A DNA stretch of 64,000 nucleotides from the human T2T-CHM13v2.0 reference genome, Homo sapiens. Position numbers and translations under genes: made by a program. Under the pieces are notes generated by a model. That model saw only the letters and a program-made list of their open reading frames with translations, was not told the DNA's origin and ran no database searches. Positions 1 to 15,781 of the stretch are shown here, piece after piece; position 1 is the first letter of the stretch; every line of letters starts with the position of its first letter. The DNA lies in assembly GCF_009914755.1 (NCBI RefSeq), contig NC_060926.1. One strand, 5' to 3'.

Positions 1-108
1 TGTGGCCCATGAAATTTCAAGCCTTTTTTCCCTGTCAGTTTTCTAATCCATTACCAGATCTCAATTAATAAACCTATTTTCTTTTTCTCCCCTCATGACT
101 ACATTTAG

Positions 109-321
<213 letters not shown>

Positions 322-1010
322 TAGAGCTGAGGTTTCCCTATGTTGGCCAGGCTGGTCTCAAACTCCTGACCTCAAGTGATCTGCCCACCTCAGCCTCCTA
401 AAGTTCTGGGATTACAGGCGTGAGCCATCGTGCCCAGCTGTCATTTATCTTTGTATCCCTAATAAGTAACTAACCTGTAATAGTTTAAATAAACTTAAAA
501 AAAAAAATTCCCTGTATTCTACAAATAGTATTTTCTATGTAAGATGCTCTTTATGGTAGATTTTCCTGAAGGCTAGTCTGTTTCAGTTAAATTGTCTGCT
601 GTGTACAATCCAAGAACTGTTATTTTAACTATTAGTTTTATAAATTAGATGTAAATGGAGTGAATATGTTCATGGAATGTGTGAAAGTAACATTTTTAGT
701 GCTTTTTATACTTCCATTTTAAAGTAGAAATGATTATTTTGTTTTCTAAGTTTTGAATACTCTTAGATCGAAAACAATTTTTATTCACCAATGCTCTAGA
801 AAGATTAAAATTATGTATGTGTTTAAATAGGGATATGTCCATATGGGGATATAGAGGAAATTTTTTTAGCTATTTATTTTTTAAAATAGATCACTTTGCT
901 TTTATAATTTAAATAACTAAAAAATAGTTTACTTATAAAATATAATATTTTGGTTTTAAGTATAAGGAAACTGACCCAAATAAATAAACTTCTCTTCATT
1001 CTTTTAAAAG

Positions 1011-1089
1011 ATACTTGAGCTGGGACACTCCTCAAGAAGTCATTGCAGTTAAGTCAGCTCAGAACAGAGGCTCAGCAGTGGCCCGGCAG
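1011..1089 (+). CDS. DCAF17: DCAF17 coding exon (probably exon 5), 79 nt
   Basis: cttttaaaag|ATACTTGAGC...CGGCAG|gtatac; encodes (R)YLSWDTPQEVIAVKSAQNRGSAVARQ, matching the DCAF17 protein as I recall it. Confidence 0.95.
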
Positions 1090-1204
1090 GTATACATATT
1101 TAAACATTCAATAAAATGAAGACTCTTTTTCATAGGAATTTGTCTGCAGATTTGTTATGAAAAATCTAATGATCTTTTATTTCTGAAGCATGCTGTAAAA
1201 GATA

Positions 1205-1545
1205 GGATTCACGGCAACCTGGATGGGATCGGAGACCATTATTCTAAGTGAAGTAACTAAGAAATGGAAAACCAGACATTGTATTTTCTCACTCATAAGT
1301 GAGAGCTAAGCCTTGAGGATGCAAAGGCATAAGAATGATACAATTTACTCTGGAGACTCGGGTGAAAGGGTGGGAGGTGGGTGAGGGATGAAACACTACA
1401 CATTGGGTATAGTGTATACCACTCAGGTGATATGTGCACCAAAATCTGAGAAATCACCACTAAAGAACTTACTCATGTGACCCAACACCACCTGTTCCTC
1501 AAAAACCTATTGAAATAAAATAATAATAAAAATATTTTAAAAAAG
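1205..1545 (+). mobile_element. L1MA-type 3' end fragment
   Basis: ctggatgg...attattctaagtgaagtaac...aaatcaccactaaagaactt..., followed by an A-rich tail. Confidence 0.8.
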
Positions 1546-3492
1546 AAAAGTTGATAGGTAGATTTTTTTTTTCTGAAGCGTGCTATTTAAAGAGATTTTT
1601 CTCTTAAAGAATTACCCAGGATTTACTAGATTTTATAAAGTCTGGAAATTTATATCAAGAAACTTTTTGTTTCTATTGGTGACTTATGGGGAAATACTAT
1701 GGAAAGCATTTATTGAGCACTTAAAAAATAGATATAGACTGCTTTTAGAGGTTTTCTGTTTCTTTATACACCGGGACACCTAGAAAAAGCAAATACTTAT
1801 TTTGTGTCTCCCCTTGGCAGAGTCTGTTGTAGTTCTTTCTCATTTTTAATTTGAACTACTTCAGCTGTTTCTCACTAGTGTCCTTGATTGCAAAACAGGC
1901 AGGCACTGATCTGAGTTCTTTACCTGTATTTACTAATTTGATCTTCAGCACACTCCTTTCAGTAGATACTTTTATCATCCCATTTTACAGGTGAGGATTC
2001 TGAGCCCCAGAGAAGCTAAGTAACTTATCCAGCATCATAGTGTTGGTAACCTTGGCTCAAACTCAGGCAGTTTAGCTCTAGAGTCCCTGCTCTTATGCAC
2101 TGTAGTAAGCTGCCCCTTCTTGAAATTTCTGTAATATGGACTGGCAGGTGAAGTTTATATAGAACTCTAGCATTAAAAAAAAAAAAAAGTTAAGTAGTTC
2201 CTTTAATTTTACCTTGGTTAGATAACTACATCAAGCATTTCCTTGTCAACCCTCCAGTGTATTCCCATACATGCTGGGTCTGTGAACTCTGCTTTTCATT
2301 CCTCCCTCATCTCTCTTGTCTACTTTTTCTGTATGCCCCTGAAGCCAAGCAAACTATTTGTTGGCTACTTCTACTTACTTTTTATCATGGTTATCTGAAT
2401 GTTTTCCTACCCTTTACTAATCCTGCCCAGTCACATTAATAACTTAACTGCATGCCTTTTATTGGAATCTCCTTACCCTTTTCCTGATTTATTTAGTATG
2501 ACATCTAAGAAAGAGAGATGCTATCTCTCTCTTAGTAATACTTCTCTCTTTATACTCTTACTACCTTGCTTTTACTTTGGTAAAGGAAAATTCAGAAAAG
2601 TGGGATAGTATAAAAAAGCAAAACATTTTGCTACTTTGAGAATTCTAAAGTGTCTTGTCTGATGTACCTTTTTAATAATTTAAATTGCTAAAGAGCAAGA
2701 ATTTTTGTTTTGTTTTGTTTTGTTTTGAGACGGAGTCTCGCTTTGTTGCCAGGCTAGAGTGTCGTGGTGAGCTCTCAGCTCACTGCATCCTCTGCCTCCC
2801 AGGTTCAAGCAATTCTCCTGACTCAGCCTCCTGAGTAGCTGGGACTACAGGCGTGCACCACCAGGCCCAGCTAATTTTTGTATTTTTACTAGAGACGGGG
2901 TTTCACCATGTTGGCCAGCATGGTCTCGATCTCTTGACCTCCCAAAGTCCTGGGATTTACAGGCGTGAACCACCACTCCTGGCTAAGAATTTTTTTAAGT
3001 TTAATTCTATACGTTATCATATGTTAATGTTTTACATTTACCATCACCTGATAATGTTAATAAAATCTTGTCAGTATTTCTATATTCTGGACTGTTTTCC
3101 TACAGTCTCCAGCCAACAAGTAGTAGCTCTTAGTTGGGGTATATAAACTGTACTTTTCCTTTGGGTTTAAGGAACACAGAAGGAGTCTGATTTACCTTGA
3201 AGATATTAGTTCAATAAAAATTTATCCCTTTGGAAGGGAGAATCTTTTGGGCTTTAAGCATTACAATCTTTTTTGTTTGCTGTTTATTTGTTTTCTAACT
3301 TTTAGTTATAGCAGTTTTGATTGGTGTTTCCAGCCTTAAAAGTTCTATTGAAGCAGAGACTGGCTGTGATGGGGCAGACAGCTTTGCCTAACACAAATTT
3401 AAGAAATTCCCTTCAAAACTGTATTGGAGAAGTACAAGAGATTGTTTTACATTTCACAGTGGCAAGAAATTGGACCTTGTTCTTCAAAGTAA

Positions 3493-3795
<303 letters not shown>

Positions 3796-4255
3796 TGAGT
3801 GGCCAGGCTGGTCTCAGACTCCTAGCCTCAAGCGATCCTCCTGCCTTAGCCTCCCAAAGGGCTGGAATTATAGGCGTGAGCTACCTGATCCAGCAGCTTT
3901 CAAATGATATGAGCACGATAACTACATTATCTTTTTATTAGGCTCTTTATTGTTCAAACTCCAATTCAAAATATAAATGCATGGTATTTTATTGCTAAGA
4001 AATGTTTACTTTTATGGATTTTTGTCTGTATATATGCGCATGTGTGTCTGAAGGGCTGAAGCTTTAGTGGACATGTTTTGAATATGTTGCCCTTCCATTT
4101 AAGTAACTTTGCAATCTAGATAGATGGTTGTTTTCATAATATGAAAATGTCTGTATAACTACATGCTAGAACAGATGGATTTTTTCAACTAATGAAAACA
4201 GTGTGTTTCTGAAGTACTTTTGAGAGCTGCGTGTAATTGTAGTCTTTCCTTCTAG

Positions 4256-4345
4256 GCAGGCATTCAACAACATGTTTTGCTGTACCTTGCAGTGTTCCGA
4301 GTTCTACCTTTTTCACTTGTAGGGATTCTAGAGATCAACAAAAAG
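4256..4345 (+). CDS. DCAF17: DCAF17 coding exon (probably exon 6), 90 nt
   Basis: ccttctag|GCAGGC...AAAAAG|gtaaga; AGIQQHVLLYLAVFRVLPFSLVGILEINKK, phase 0-0. Confidence 0.95.
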
Positions 4346-5398
4346 GTAAGAACTCATTTCTTATTTAATTGCAATATTTTATTGACAATAAGTTGTAATG
4401 TCATTATTTAATTATTTATGAGATATTTGATTGGAAATGCTCCCCTCACTATAAAAAGTTCACTAACTTGGTTTATTTTGTAACAAAATACATGAGAACA
4501 TTTGCCTAATATCCCTTCATCTTTCTGCATGTTTTTATGCCTCTCAGGTGGATCATATTGGATACCTGTGGTCATTAACAAACTACTATGTTATGAAATT
4601 ACAAAATGAGTAAGGTTTTTTTTTTCCAGAAGGAACATTCCAAAGCTTGTTAAAAAGATCATTAAAGGAAGGTGAAAAGTTGCAACAAAATATTTCATTT
4701 TAATTGCAAGATATAGGTCTAAAACTTGCTTTATGATATATAACAAGCCTTATATTTAAATATGTAAATTTTCCAATTCATTCAGTTTTGGGTTTTATTG
4801 TTGTTCCCATTTGTTCTTGACTTGTGGAGCAGTTACATGGGAGGAAAGAAGGAGCAAATTTCCTTTGAGTAAAAGAATGAATAGGATTCTACTTTAAAAA
4901 AAAAAGTTACTTATTCTTGGTGCATAGTTATTTATTGAGCTCTCCTACTGGTCTTTAATTCAGCACCTGAAGTATTGTAGAGGACAGTATCTTGAGGATC
5001 TACTGATCTTTATAAGCAAACAAGTTGAATGTATTAAAATTTTACATTATGTAAGCATTATATACTAAACTGCATAATGGCTAAAGAGTAATATTAGTTA
5101 CCGTTCATTGCTTATTTTGTGCCATGCACTTTGAATATTTTACAACATTGTAACGTATATATTTAATTAAGTTAAGCAGCAGTCCCAGCTACTCAGAAGG
5201 CTGAGGCAGGAGAATGGTTTGAGCCCAGGAATTCAAGGCTTTGATGAATTATGATTGCACCACTACACTCCAGCCTGGGTGACAGAGTTAGACTCTGTCT
5301 CTAAAAAATTAAAATAAAAAATAAAAAGCAGCTACCTAAATCCTAAAGGTGGCAAGTAGAGGATCTAGAATTAAAATAGATTGGCTACTTTATTATAG

Positions 5399-5621
<223 letters not shown>

Positions 5622-6099
5622 TAGCCAGGATGGTCTCGATCTCCTGACTTCGTGATCTGCTCACCTCAGCCTCCCAAAGTGCTGGGATTACAGGCATAAG
5701 CCACCGCGCCTGGCCAGCACTCATTATTTTAAAATATGTTTGAATTGGCCTGGTGCAGTGGCTCACACCTGTAATTTCAGCACTTTGGGAGGCTGAGGCA
5801 GGCCGGTCATTTGAGGTTAGGAGATCAATACCAGCCTGGCCAACATGGTGAAGCCCCGTCTCTACTAAAAATATAAAAATTAGCCACGGGTGGTAGTGCA
5901 CACCTGTAGTCCCAGCTACTCGGGAGGCTGAGGTGGGAGAATCGCTTGAACCTAGGAGGTAGATATTGCAGTGAGCCAGGATTGTGCCACGGCAACAGAG
6001 CAAAACTCCATCTCAAAAAAAAAAAAAGTTTGAATTGCACAAGTCCTCTTTTTCTTCTTTTACTTTTTCTTTCTTTTTTTAAAGCTTTTCTTTATATAT

Positions 6100-8205
6100 T
6101 TTCTTTTTTTTTTAACTTCTAAGTTCAGGGGTACATGTGCATTATGTGCAGGTTTGTTATATAGATAAACATGTGTCATGGGGGTTTGTTGTACAGATTA
6201 TTTCATTCCTCAGGTTTAAGCCTAATATCTATTAGTTATTTTTCCTGATCCTTTCCCTCCTCCCACCCTCCACCCTCCACCCTCCGATAGGCCCGAGTGT
6301 GTGTTGTTCCCCTCTATGTGTCCATGTATTCTCATCATTCCATGTGTTCTCATCATTTAACTCCCACTTACAAGTGAGAACATGGAGTATTTGGTTTTCT
6401 GTTCCTGTTTTAGTTTGCTAAGGTTAATGGCCTCTGGCTCCATCCACGTCCCTGCAAAGGACATGATCTTGTTCTTTTTGTGGCTGCATAGTATTCCCTG
6501 GTGTATATGTACAACATTTTCGTTACCCAGTCTATCACTGATGGACATTTAGGTTGGTTCCATGTCTTTGCTCTTGTGAACAGTGCTGCAGTGAACGTAT
6601 ATGTGCATGTGTCTTTTATATTTATAATAGAAGGATTTATATCCCTTTGGATATATACCCAGTAATGGGATTGCAGGGTTAAATGGTATTTCTGTCTTTA
6701 GGTCTTTGAGGAACCACCACACTGTCTTCCATAATGGTCAGACTAATTTCCATTGACACAAACAGTGTATAAGTGTTTCCTTTTCTCCACAACCTTGCCA
6801 GCATCTGTTATTTTTTGACTTTTTAATAATATCCATTCTGACTGGTGTGAAATGGTACCTCATTGTGGTTTTGATTTGCATTTCTCTAATGATCAGTGAT
6901 GTTGAGCTTTTTTTCATGTGCTTGTTGGCCACATGTATGCCATCTTTTTAGAAGTATCTGTTCATGTCCTTTGCCCACTTTTTAATGGGGTTGTTTTTTT
7001 TTCTTGTAAATTTGTTGAAGTTCCTTTTAGATTCTGGATATTAGACCTTTGTCAGAGGTATGGATTGCAAAAATGTTCTTCCATACTGTAGGATGTCTGT
7101 TGACTCTGTTGATGGTTTCTTTTGCTGTGCAGAAGCTCTTTAGTTTAAGTAGATCCTATTTGTCAATTTTTGCTTCTGTTGCAATTGCTTTTGGTGTTTT
7201 CATCATGAAATCTTTGCCCATGCCTATGTCCAGAATGATATTGCCTAGGTTATCTTCCAGGGTTTTTATAGTTTTGGGTTTTAGATTTAAGTCTTTAATC
7301 CATCTTGAGTTAATTTTTGCGTATGGTGTAAGGAAGGGGTCGAGTTTCAATTTTCTGCATATGGCTAGCCAGTTATCCCAGCACCACAGGGAATCCTTTC
7401 CCCATTGCTTGTTTTTGTCAAGTTTGTCGAAGATCAGATAGTTACAGGTGTGCAGTCTTATTAATATTTCTGGGTTCTCTCTTGGTTTATGTTTCTGTTC
7501 TTGTACCAGTACCATGCTGTTTTGGTTACTGTAGCCCTGTAGTATAGTTTGAAGTCAGATAGCATGATGTCTCCAGCTTTGTTCTTTTTGCTTAGGATTG
7601 CCTTGGCTAATTCAGCCTCTGTTTTGGTTCCATAGGAATTCTAAAATAGTTTTTTCTAGTTCTGTGAAGAACATCAGTGGTAGTTTAATGGGAATAGCAT
7701 TAAATATATAAATTGCTTTGGCCAATATGGCCATTTTAATGCTATTGATTCTTCCTAACCATGAACATGGAGTGTTTTTCCATTTGTTTGTGTCATCTTT
7801 GTAGATCTCCTTGTAGAGATCTTTCACTTCCTCTGTTAGCTGTATTCCTAGGTATTTTATTCTTTTTAGGACAACTGTGAATGAGAGTTTGTTCATTATT
7901 TAACTCTTGGCTTGACTGTGGTTGTTGTATAGGAATGCTAGCAATTTTTGCATATTGATTTTGTATCCTGAGACTTTGCTGATGTTGCTTATCAGTTTAA
8001 GAAGCTTTTGGATTAGACAATGGGGTTTTCTAGATACAGGATCATGTCGTTTGAAAAGAGGGATAGTTTGACTTCCTTTCTTCCTATTTGAATGCCTTTT
8101 ATTTGTTTCTCTTGCCTGATGGCTCTGGCCAGAATTTCCAACACACTGTTGAATAGGAATGGTGAGAGTGGACATCCTTGTCTTGTGCTGGTTTTCAAGG
8201 GGAGT
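6100..8205 (-). mobile_element. 5'-truncated primate L1 (L1PA/L1PB-type), ORF2 3' part and 3'UTR
   Basis: - strand ORFs such as ...[23 protein letters not shown]..., [10 protein letters not shown] and [12 protein letters not shown] are L1 ORF2p motifs; T-rich tail at ~6050-6113. Confidence 0.92.
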
Positions 8206-9102
8206 GACAAGATGTCTTTTTTCAAAGTGGGAAACTAGGATCAGTGAATTAAAAAGTCATGAACTAGTCAATGTCAGAGTAAACAATACTTATCCTTCTA
8301 AGAGATGACAAAAAATACAACTCATAATTTAATTGTTCTCTCTGTGCCTGTAGGTTAAGTACTTATGTTTGCTTATTACAGTCTACAACAGAAATGAACA
8401 TGTGGCAAAGTAATAAACTGTTTCTATTTATTCCTGTATGTCCAAGGTAATTGGACATCTTCCTCTATTCCTGTATTTCCAAGGTAATTGGACAAGGACA
8501 TCTTCATTTAAGTAGTTTGTTTTTGATTAAGCTGCTGAATTGTATAAAAATAAGAATAATAGAAAAATATGCAATTAGAGAGATTTGGTTTTAAATATTG
8601 TTACTTGGGATTGAAGAACATCTTTCACTTACCATGCATGAAAGACTATCCAGGGGCTGGGCACCTCTAATTAACTAAAAATTTGTCTCTATTTTATAAA
8701 GAACATTTTAGCATAAAGAATTGATCCTTGGAAGAGTATGAATAGTAGATTAAATATTCATTTAGAACGACATGGCCTTGGTGTATGCCAGTGTCTATGA
8801 GGAATGGAATTTGTTATTAATAGATATTGACAATGCTATGAAGCAGATGAATGCTGGTGCATTATTCTGAGGGATGTGTGCCGCACTTCCATTAGTGCTC
8901 CAGTATGAGAATCCAGTGGCTTACTGTTCACTCCTAATAACACCCTAGCCTCAAGGTGATAAATTATAATGAGGTTTTAATGCTAGGCGGCAGTGTTATC
9001 ATAGTGACATGAATATTAAGCAAGAGTACAAACCACTGTGAACATTCAGAGGATTGGACTTCCAGTCTTTTCTCAGGTGATATCTGTCTTTCCCCCCGCC
9101 AG

Positions 9103-9207
9103 ATTTTTGGGAACGTTACAGATGCTACCTTGTCTCATGGAATACTGATTGTGATGTACAGCTCAGGACTGGTCAGACTCTATAGCTTCCAAACCATCGC
9201 TGAACAG
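9103..9207 (+). CDS. DCAF17: DCAF17 coding exon (probably exon 7), 105 nt
   Basis: ccccccgccag|ATTTTT...GAACAG|gtagag; IFGNVTDATLSHGILIVMYSSGLVRLYSFQTIAEQ. Confidence 0.95.
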
Positions 9208-9503
9208 GTAGAGAAAACTGAAATTTGTCATGTTACTATTAGCATGAGTTTTCGACTAAAGTATGATTTTTTTTTTTAGTGAGATGCTTTTAGAGTAAGG
9301 CACTTCTGTAGATTTTGGCTCTAAAAAACTGTAGAAATGTAGAAGACAAGTAACCTTTAAAGCAGGGGTGGGGAAGATAAACAGAAAGGCCATTGGAAAA
9401 AGACATTTTCTTTGTCATATACATGTGAATTTTATTTTTGTTCTCTCCAGATATCAAATAAATAGGTGCTAAAGCCACCATTTTTGTTTTGTTTTGTTTT
9501 TAG

Positions 9504-9609
9504 TTCATGCAACAGAAACTTGACTTAGGGTGTGCATGCAGATGGGGTGGGACTACTGGAACTGTAGGAGAGGCTCCTTTTGGCATTCCTTGTAATATTA
9601 AAATCACAG
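9504..9609 (+). CDS. DCAF17: DCAF17 coding exon (probably exon 8), 106 nt
   Basis: ttgtttttag|TTCATG...TCACAG|gtatgg; FMQQKLDLGCACRWGGTTGTVGEAPFGIPCNIKIT(D). Confidence 0.95.
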
Positions 9610-10280
9610 GTATGGCTACTCTATAGTATTTTTTCACCTTAAAAAAATTAAGTGGTCATATAAATAGTTATTAATTATAGTCATCCAAATGTTTTTCTCA
9701 TTTATTTAAAAAACTCAATTCATTTTACTCCTATACATCATGTGCCTTGCTATTCAATAATGAATAAGCTTCGAGGAAAATCTGTCAGTTATTCATTGAA
9801 CCAAAGGCCTGGGGATGCTGAGCCTTGCTTGGCCACAGACCTTTAGCAATTCACTTTACTTTTCTGATCCTTGATTTCCTTATCTGCAAAATGAGTTGCA
9901 GCAAATGATACCATCTTAGCTCTCTTATAACTTAGTATTTTACAATTCGATGAAATTTACCCCCTCTCTAAGAAAGGTGTTTTCCAAGAAAAAATTTTTA
10001 CCATGACATCTGAACATAGAGCTTAGACACAGACAGAACTTCCCAGTATACTTAAAGAGTGCCAAATCACAAAAAGAAAATTATATACAAGTCTATAAAT
10101 ATAGTAAAAATGTTCTATATTTAGCTTATGAAATTCAGTTGTTAGAAAAGAAATCAACTGGCCAGGCATGGTGGCTCATGCCCGTAATCCCAGCACTTTG
10201 GGAGGCTGAGGCGGGCGGATCACTTGAGGTTGGGAGTTTGAGACCAGCCTGACCAACGTGGAGAAACCCCATCTCTACTA

Positions 10281-10442
<162 letters not shown>

Positions 10443-11268
10443 TCAAAAAAAAAGAAAAGAAATCAACTATTACTCAAATTCAGTAGTAGTACATTAAAAG
10501 AAATAGATCATGACTGTTCAGAGTTCATCTCAGGAATCCAAGGATGGTTTAATGTTTACAAATTTAGTAGCTATAAAGATCACATGAGTAAACTAAAAGA
10601 GAAAATTTTCTTTATTATCCTAATATCTGTTTATCTTAATTCTTGTTCATTAAGACTCATTCCTTATCATGTTGAACACATTCCTCTTATTTATAACCAA
10701 CCAATAAGCATTATATTTTTAGGTGAAATGCCAAAGGATTTTCTAATATATGCAGAATAAGATAAGAATTTTTTCTATCATTTTTCCTTAACATTGTATT
10801 AGTAATAGACCAAGAAACAGAAATGAATGATGTCATTGTTCAAAAGGAAAAAAATATTATTTTTGGTAGTAAATGACAAATTATAAAAACTACTGGGAGT
10901 TCAAGTAAGTTATTCATGAAGTTCAAAATAAATATTTTAAAAATTACTCAAGTTTTTAGATGCCTTGGACAAACTGAATTAGGCAGTTGTATGAAAATTC
11001 AGCTCTAGCAATACCTCCTGTATTCAGTACAAATACATTAAAAGCAATCTATTAAGAATTTTAAAACTGTAGGCTGCAGTGGTAACCAGGTTATTTTGAA
11101 ATGGGTTATTTTGGACAGAGTTTTTCCAAATGGTAGCATTTTTCTTGTTGAAATGCAAATAAAAAGTAAGTAAAGTCTGGGCACAGTGGCTCAAGACTGT
11201 AATTCCAGCACTTTGGGAGGCTGAGGCGGGTGGATCACGAGGTCAGGAGTTCGAGACCAGCCTGGCTA

Positions 11269-11948
<680 letters not shown>

Positions 11949-12444
11949 TGAGCCACTGTGCCCAGCTGATAGTGGGCAAGTTATTTAACCTCTCTGGGCC
12001 TCAAATTTTGAAACTTTGAAATAATAATATTTGAAAACATGATCTATGAAATCATTTGTCATTGTAAAAAAAAATAATTCAATGATTTTTGTATGTTTGA
12101 CTAAGAAAATTAGCACATTATATTGGAAGCTTTCAGTGTTTATTTCATACTGTAGAGACTTAAATCCCATTCATTTCTCCAAATTTGTTTTTCAATCTTA
12201 AGGTCTATACAAATAGTATTTATTTTAACTTTAAATAACTTTTTTTCTTAGTGCAAAAGCAGTTCCTTTGCATTATTTAAAAAATTGGGAAATTGGCCAG
12301 GCGTGGTGCCTCATGCCTGTAATCCCAGCACTTTAGGAGGCTGACGCGGGCAGATCACTTGAGGTCAGGAGTGCAAGACCAGCCTGGCCAACACAGTGAA
12401 ACCCCGTCTCTACCAAAAATACAAAAAATTAGCCTGTAATCTCA

Positions 12445-12639
<195 letters not shown>

Positions 12640-12769
12640 TTATAGTCCTCTTACATGGGGTTAACTGTTATCTCCTTGATGTGTAATTTTCTAATCTTAT
12701 AATGTATATATTTCTATATGTTTAAAACCAAGAAAAGAATCATACCATAAGTGCTCTTTTATAACTCAC

Positions 12770-14050
12770 TTGTTAAGAAATCAACTCTATTGAGGTATAA
12801 TTTACATGTAATTAAAATGCACCCATTTTAACTGTACAGTTTGAGTTTTGTCAAATGTATACATCCATGAAATCACCACTACAGTCAAGATTTAGAATCT
12901 TTTCATCATCCCAAAAAGTTCCCCTGTGCTCTTCGCAGTAAATTCCTCTCTTAACCCAGCCCTAGGCAACCAGTGATCTGCTTTTTTTCACAGTAGATTA
13001 AATTTATATTTTCTGGAGTTTTATATTAATGAAATCACATGGCATGTATTTTTTGGTTTGGCTTCTTTCACTCAGGATATTATATTTGAGATTCGTTTCA
13101 TGTTGTTGCATGTATCTATAGCCTAACCCACTTTTTGATGTTAATATATTATGAGTATTTCCATCTAGATTATTTAATAGGTGGCCTTGTGAAAACAACA
13201 AAGTTGTAATCCTATCTCACTCTTAAATAATAGATGGATCAAAGACTTAAAAGTTTTAGAAGAAAACTTGGGAGAATCTTTTTATCTCAGTGTGGGGAAG
13301 ACCTTTTTAAGTATGGCACAAAACCCAAAGCCATAAAAGAAGAGATTGATAAATTTGATTATATAAAAATAAAATTCTGCATGGCAAAAAATCCCCAGAA
13401 ATATACAACATAAACCAACTCAAATAACAACAGGAGACATAGTTACAAATCATACTGTAATGGGGCAATTTCCTTAATATGTGAAGGGTTCTATAGATCA
13501 ATAAGAAAAGGAGTGATAACACAATTACAAAATGATCAAAGGATATTGTTTAAAAGAAACAGAAATATAAATGACTTTTAATTAGGGGAGTGCAAAGCTC
13601 AATGTCACTGATAAGACAAATGTAAATTAAAATTATTATAAGATAACATCTCTTCAGATTCTTAAATATCAGAAAGTTAGAACTTTCGATACAATATGGT
13701 TGGTAAAAGTTTAGGCACTTTCATTTATTGTTGGGACCCTTTATGGCCCCCAACAATTTGTCAATATGACAGTTTGTTAATATGTATCAAAATTTTAAAT
13801 GCGTGTACTCCTTGAACCCAGCAACTTCAGTACTAGGAATTTATCCCAGATATATTCACTTGTACAGAAAGTGATAAATGTACAATTAAAACATTGTTTC
13901 TAATAGCAAAAGATTGGAAACAATCTATACATTGGTAAGTGACATTAGTATTATTATATCATCGTATACAAAAGATTGGAAACAATCTATACATTGGTAA
14001 GTGGCATTAGTATTATTATATCACCATATAGCTGTATCACAAATTTAATT
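12770..14050. mobile_element. Old L1M fragments (- strand, then + strand)
   Basis: tattgaggtataatttaca...ggcaaccagtgatctg (L1 3' end, - strand), followed by ORF2 C-terminal-like purine-rich sequence. Confidence 0.65.
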
Positions 14051-15339
14051 GCTAAATTGTTAAAAAGAAGGAGGAGTTTTAACTGGGCATAGTGGCTCAT
14101 GCCTGTAATCTGAGCACTTTGGGAAGCGAGGCAAGTGGATCACTTGAGGTCAGGAGTTCGAGACCAGCCTAGCCAACATGGCGAAACCCTGTCTCTACTA
14201 AAAATACAAAAATTAGTCAGGTGTGGTGGCGAGCACCTGTGATCCCAGCTACTCAGGAGGCTGAGGCACGAGAATCACTTGAACCCAGGAGACAGAGGTT
14301 GCGGTGAGTGAGACTGCGCCACTGCACTCCAGCCTGGGCGATGGAGCGAGATTTTAAAAAAAAAAAAAAAACAGAAAGAAGAATTCTTTTTGCACTGGTA
14401 TAGGATAATTTCCAGGATGTGTACTATTAAGTAAAAAAAAAAAAAAAATCGGTGCAAAACTGTGTATATAAAAATCTTCATTTGTGTAAAGTATTGTGTA
14501 AAGTATTCATACTCATGTATTAAAGGAATATATATATGGTGATGTGCTTTTGGATTTGCTTGGAATATCTGAAAGGACACATAAAAACTTGATAAATCGG
14601 AAGAGATACAGATCAAAGGAAGACTTAGTTTTCATTATATCTTCTGATACTTCTAAAATGTAGTGCTTGTATTACCTATGTGACAAAGTGGTTCTGTGTG
14701 TGTGCATCTCCTTGAGATGTTCAGAACTTGACCTATATGCCATTTTACAAATGAACCATAATTTACTTAACCAGTTCCCTACTTTGGACATTTAGTTTGT
14801 TTCTAATTTTGTGATTACAAATAGCATATTTCTATAACTATTAGTGATCCTTGCCTGAATCAGTTATGTCATGTGATTTGCAGAATGGCAGTTTTTAAAA
14901 CTCTGTTACTGCTTTTACCTTCAATAGCTGGCATTTTTCTAGAAATAAAAGCTTTAACTCATCAGCTAGAGATAAACTGTATTTCCTTCCAAAAGGCAAG
15001 TTAAAGACTTATTTCTTCCCTTTAATTATCAATATTCAGAGCAAGGAGTTGGTATAATAGTCACTTTTGATGCCAGCAAAATGTTTTACAGACAAACACA
15101 CATATATAAACACAATAGACTTGTGGATTTTTTATTTGTCCAATATTATATAGTAATAGTTATTATTCTTAATGATGTTCAAATTGTCCTGAATTTGGCC
15201 AACAGAAACTCCATTTTGACACACTCCAGTAATCTTAGAGAATTTCCTCGCTTTCTAGAACAATAATGTGTCCCAGGCTTACCTTTAACTTTCCTATTTC
15301 TGATAGGGGGCCATTTTATTAGAGAACGTCATTAGAGAC

Positions 15340-15781
15340 TCTCAGTTTCCTAGAGAGCAACACTACAAACTGGGCAGCTTTAAACAATGGAAATTGATTC
15401 TCTCACAGTTCTGGAGTCTAGAAATTCAGAATTAAGGTGTTGGCAGAGGTAGCCTCCCTCTGAAGGCTCTAGGGAAGAATCCTTTCTTACCCCTTCTCGC
15501 TTCTGGTGGTTGTTCACAATCTTTGGTGTTTCTTGGCTTGTGGCAGCATAACTCCAAATTCTGCCTCTCACTTTTCCATGGCCTTTCTCCCTCTGTGTCT
15601 TCAAATCTCTTTCTCCTTATAAGGACACCAGTCATTGAATTTAGGTCCTATCCTTATCCAGTATGATCTTAACTTGATTATATCTGTAAAGATCCTATTT
15701 GCAAATAAAGTCACATTTACCAGTACTGGGGGTTAGGACTTTAACATATCTTTTGAGGGAACACAAGTCAACTCACAACAG
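15340..15781 (-). mobile_element. MLT1-type MaLR LTR
   Basis: ttctctcacagttctggagtctagaa...aaggtgttggcag...ggggttaggactttaacatatc...cacaaca. Confidence 0.8.
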
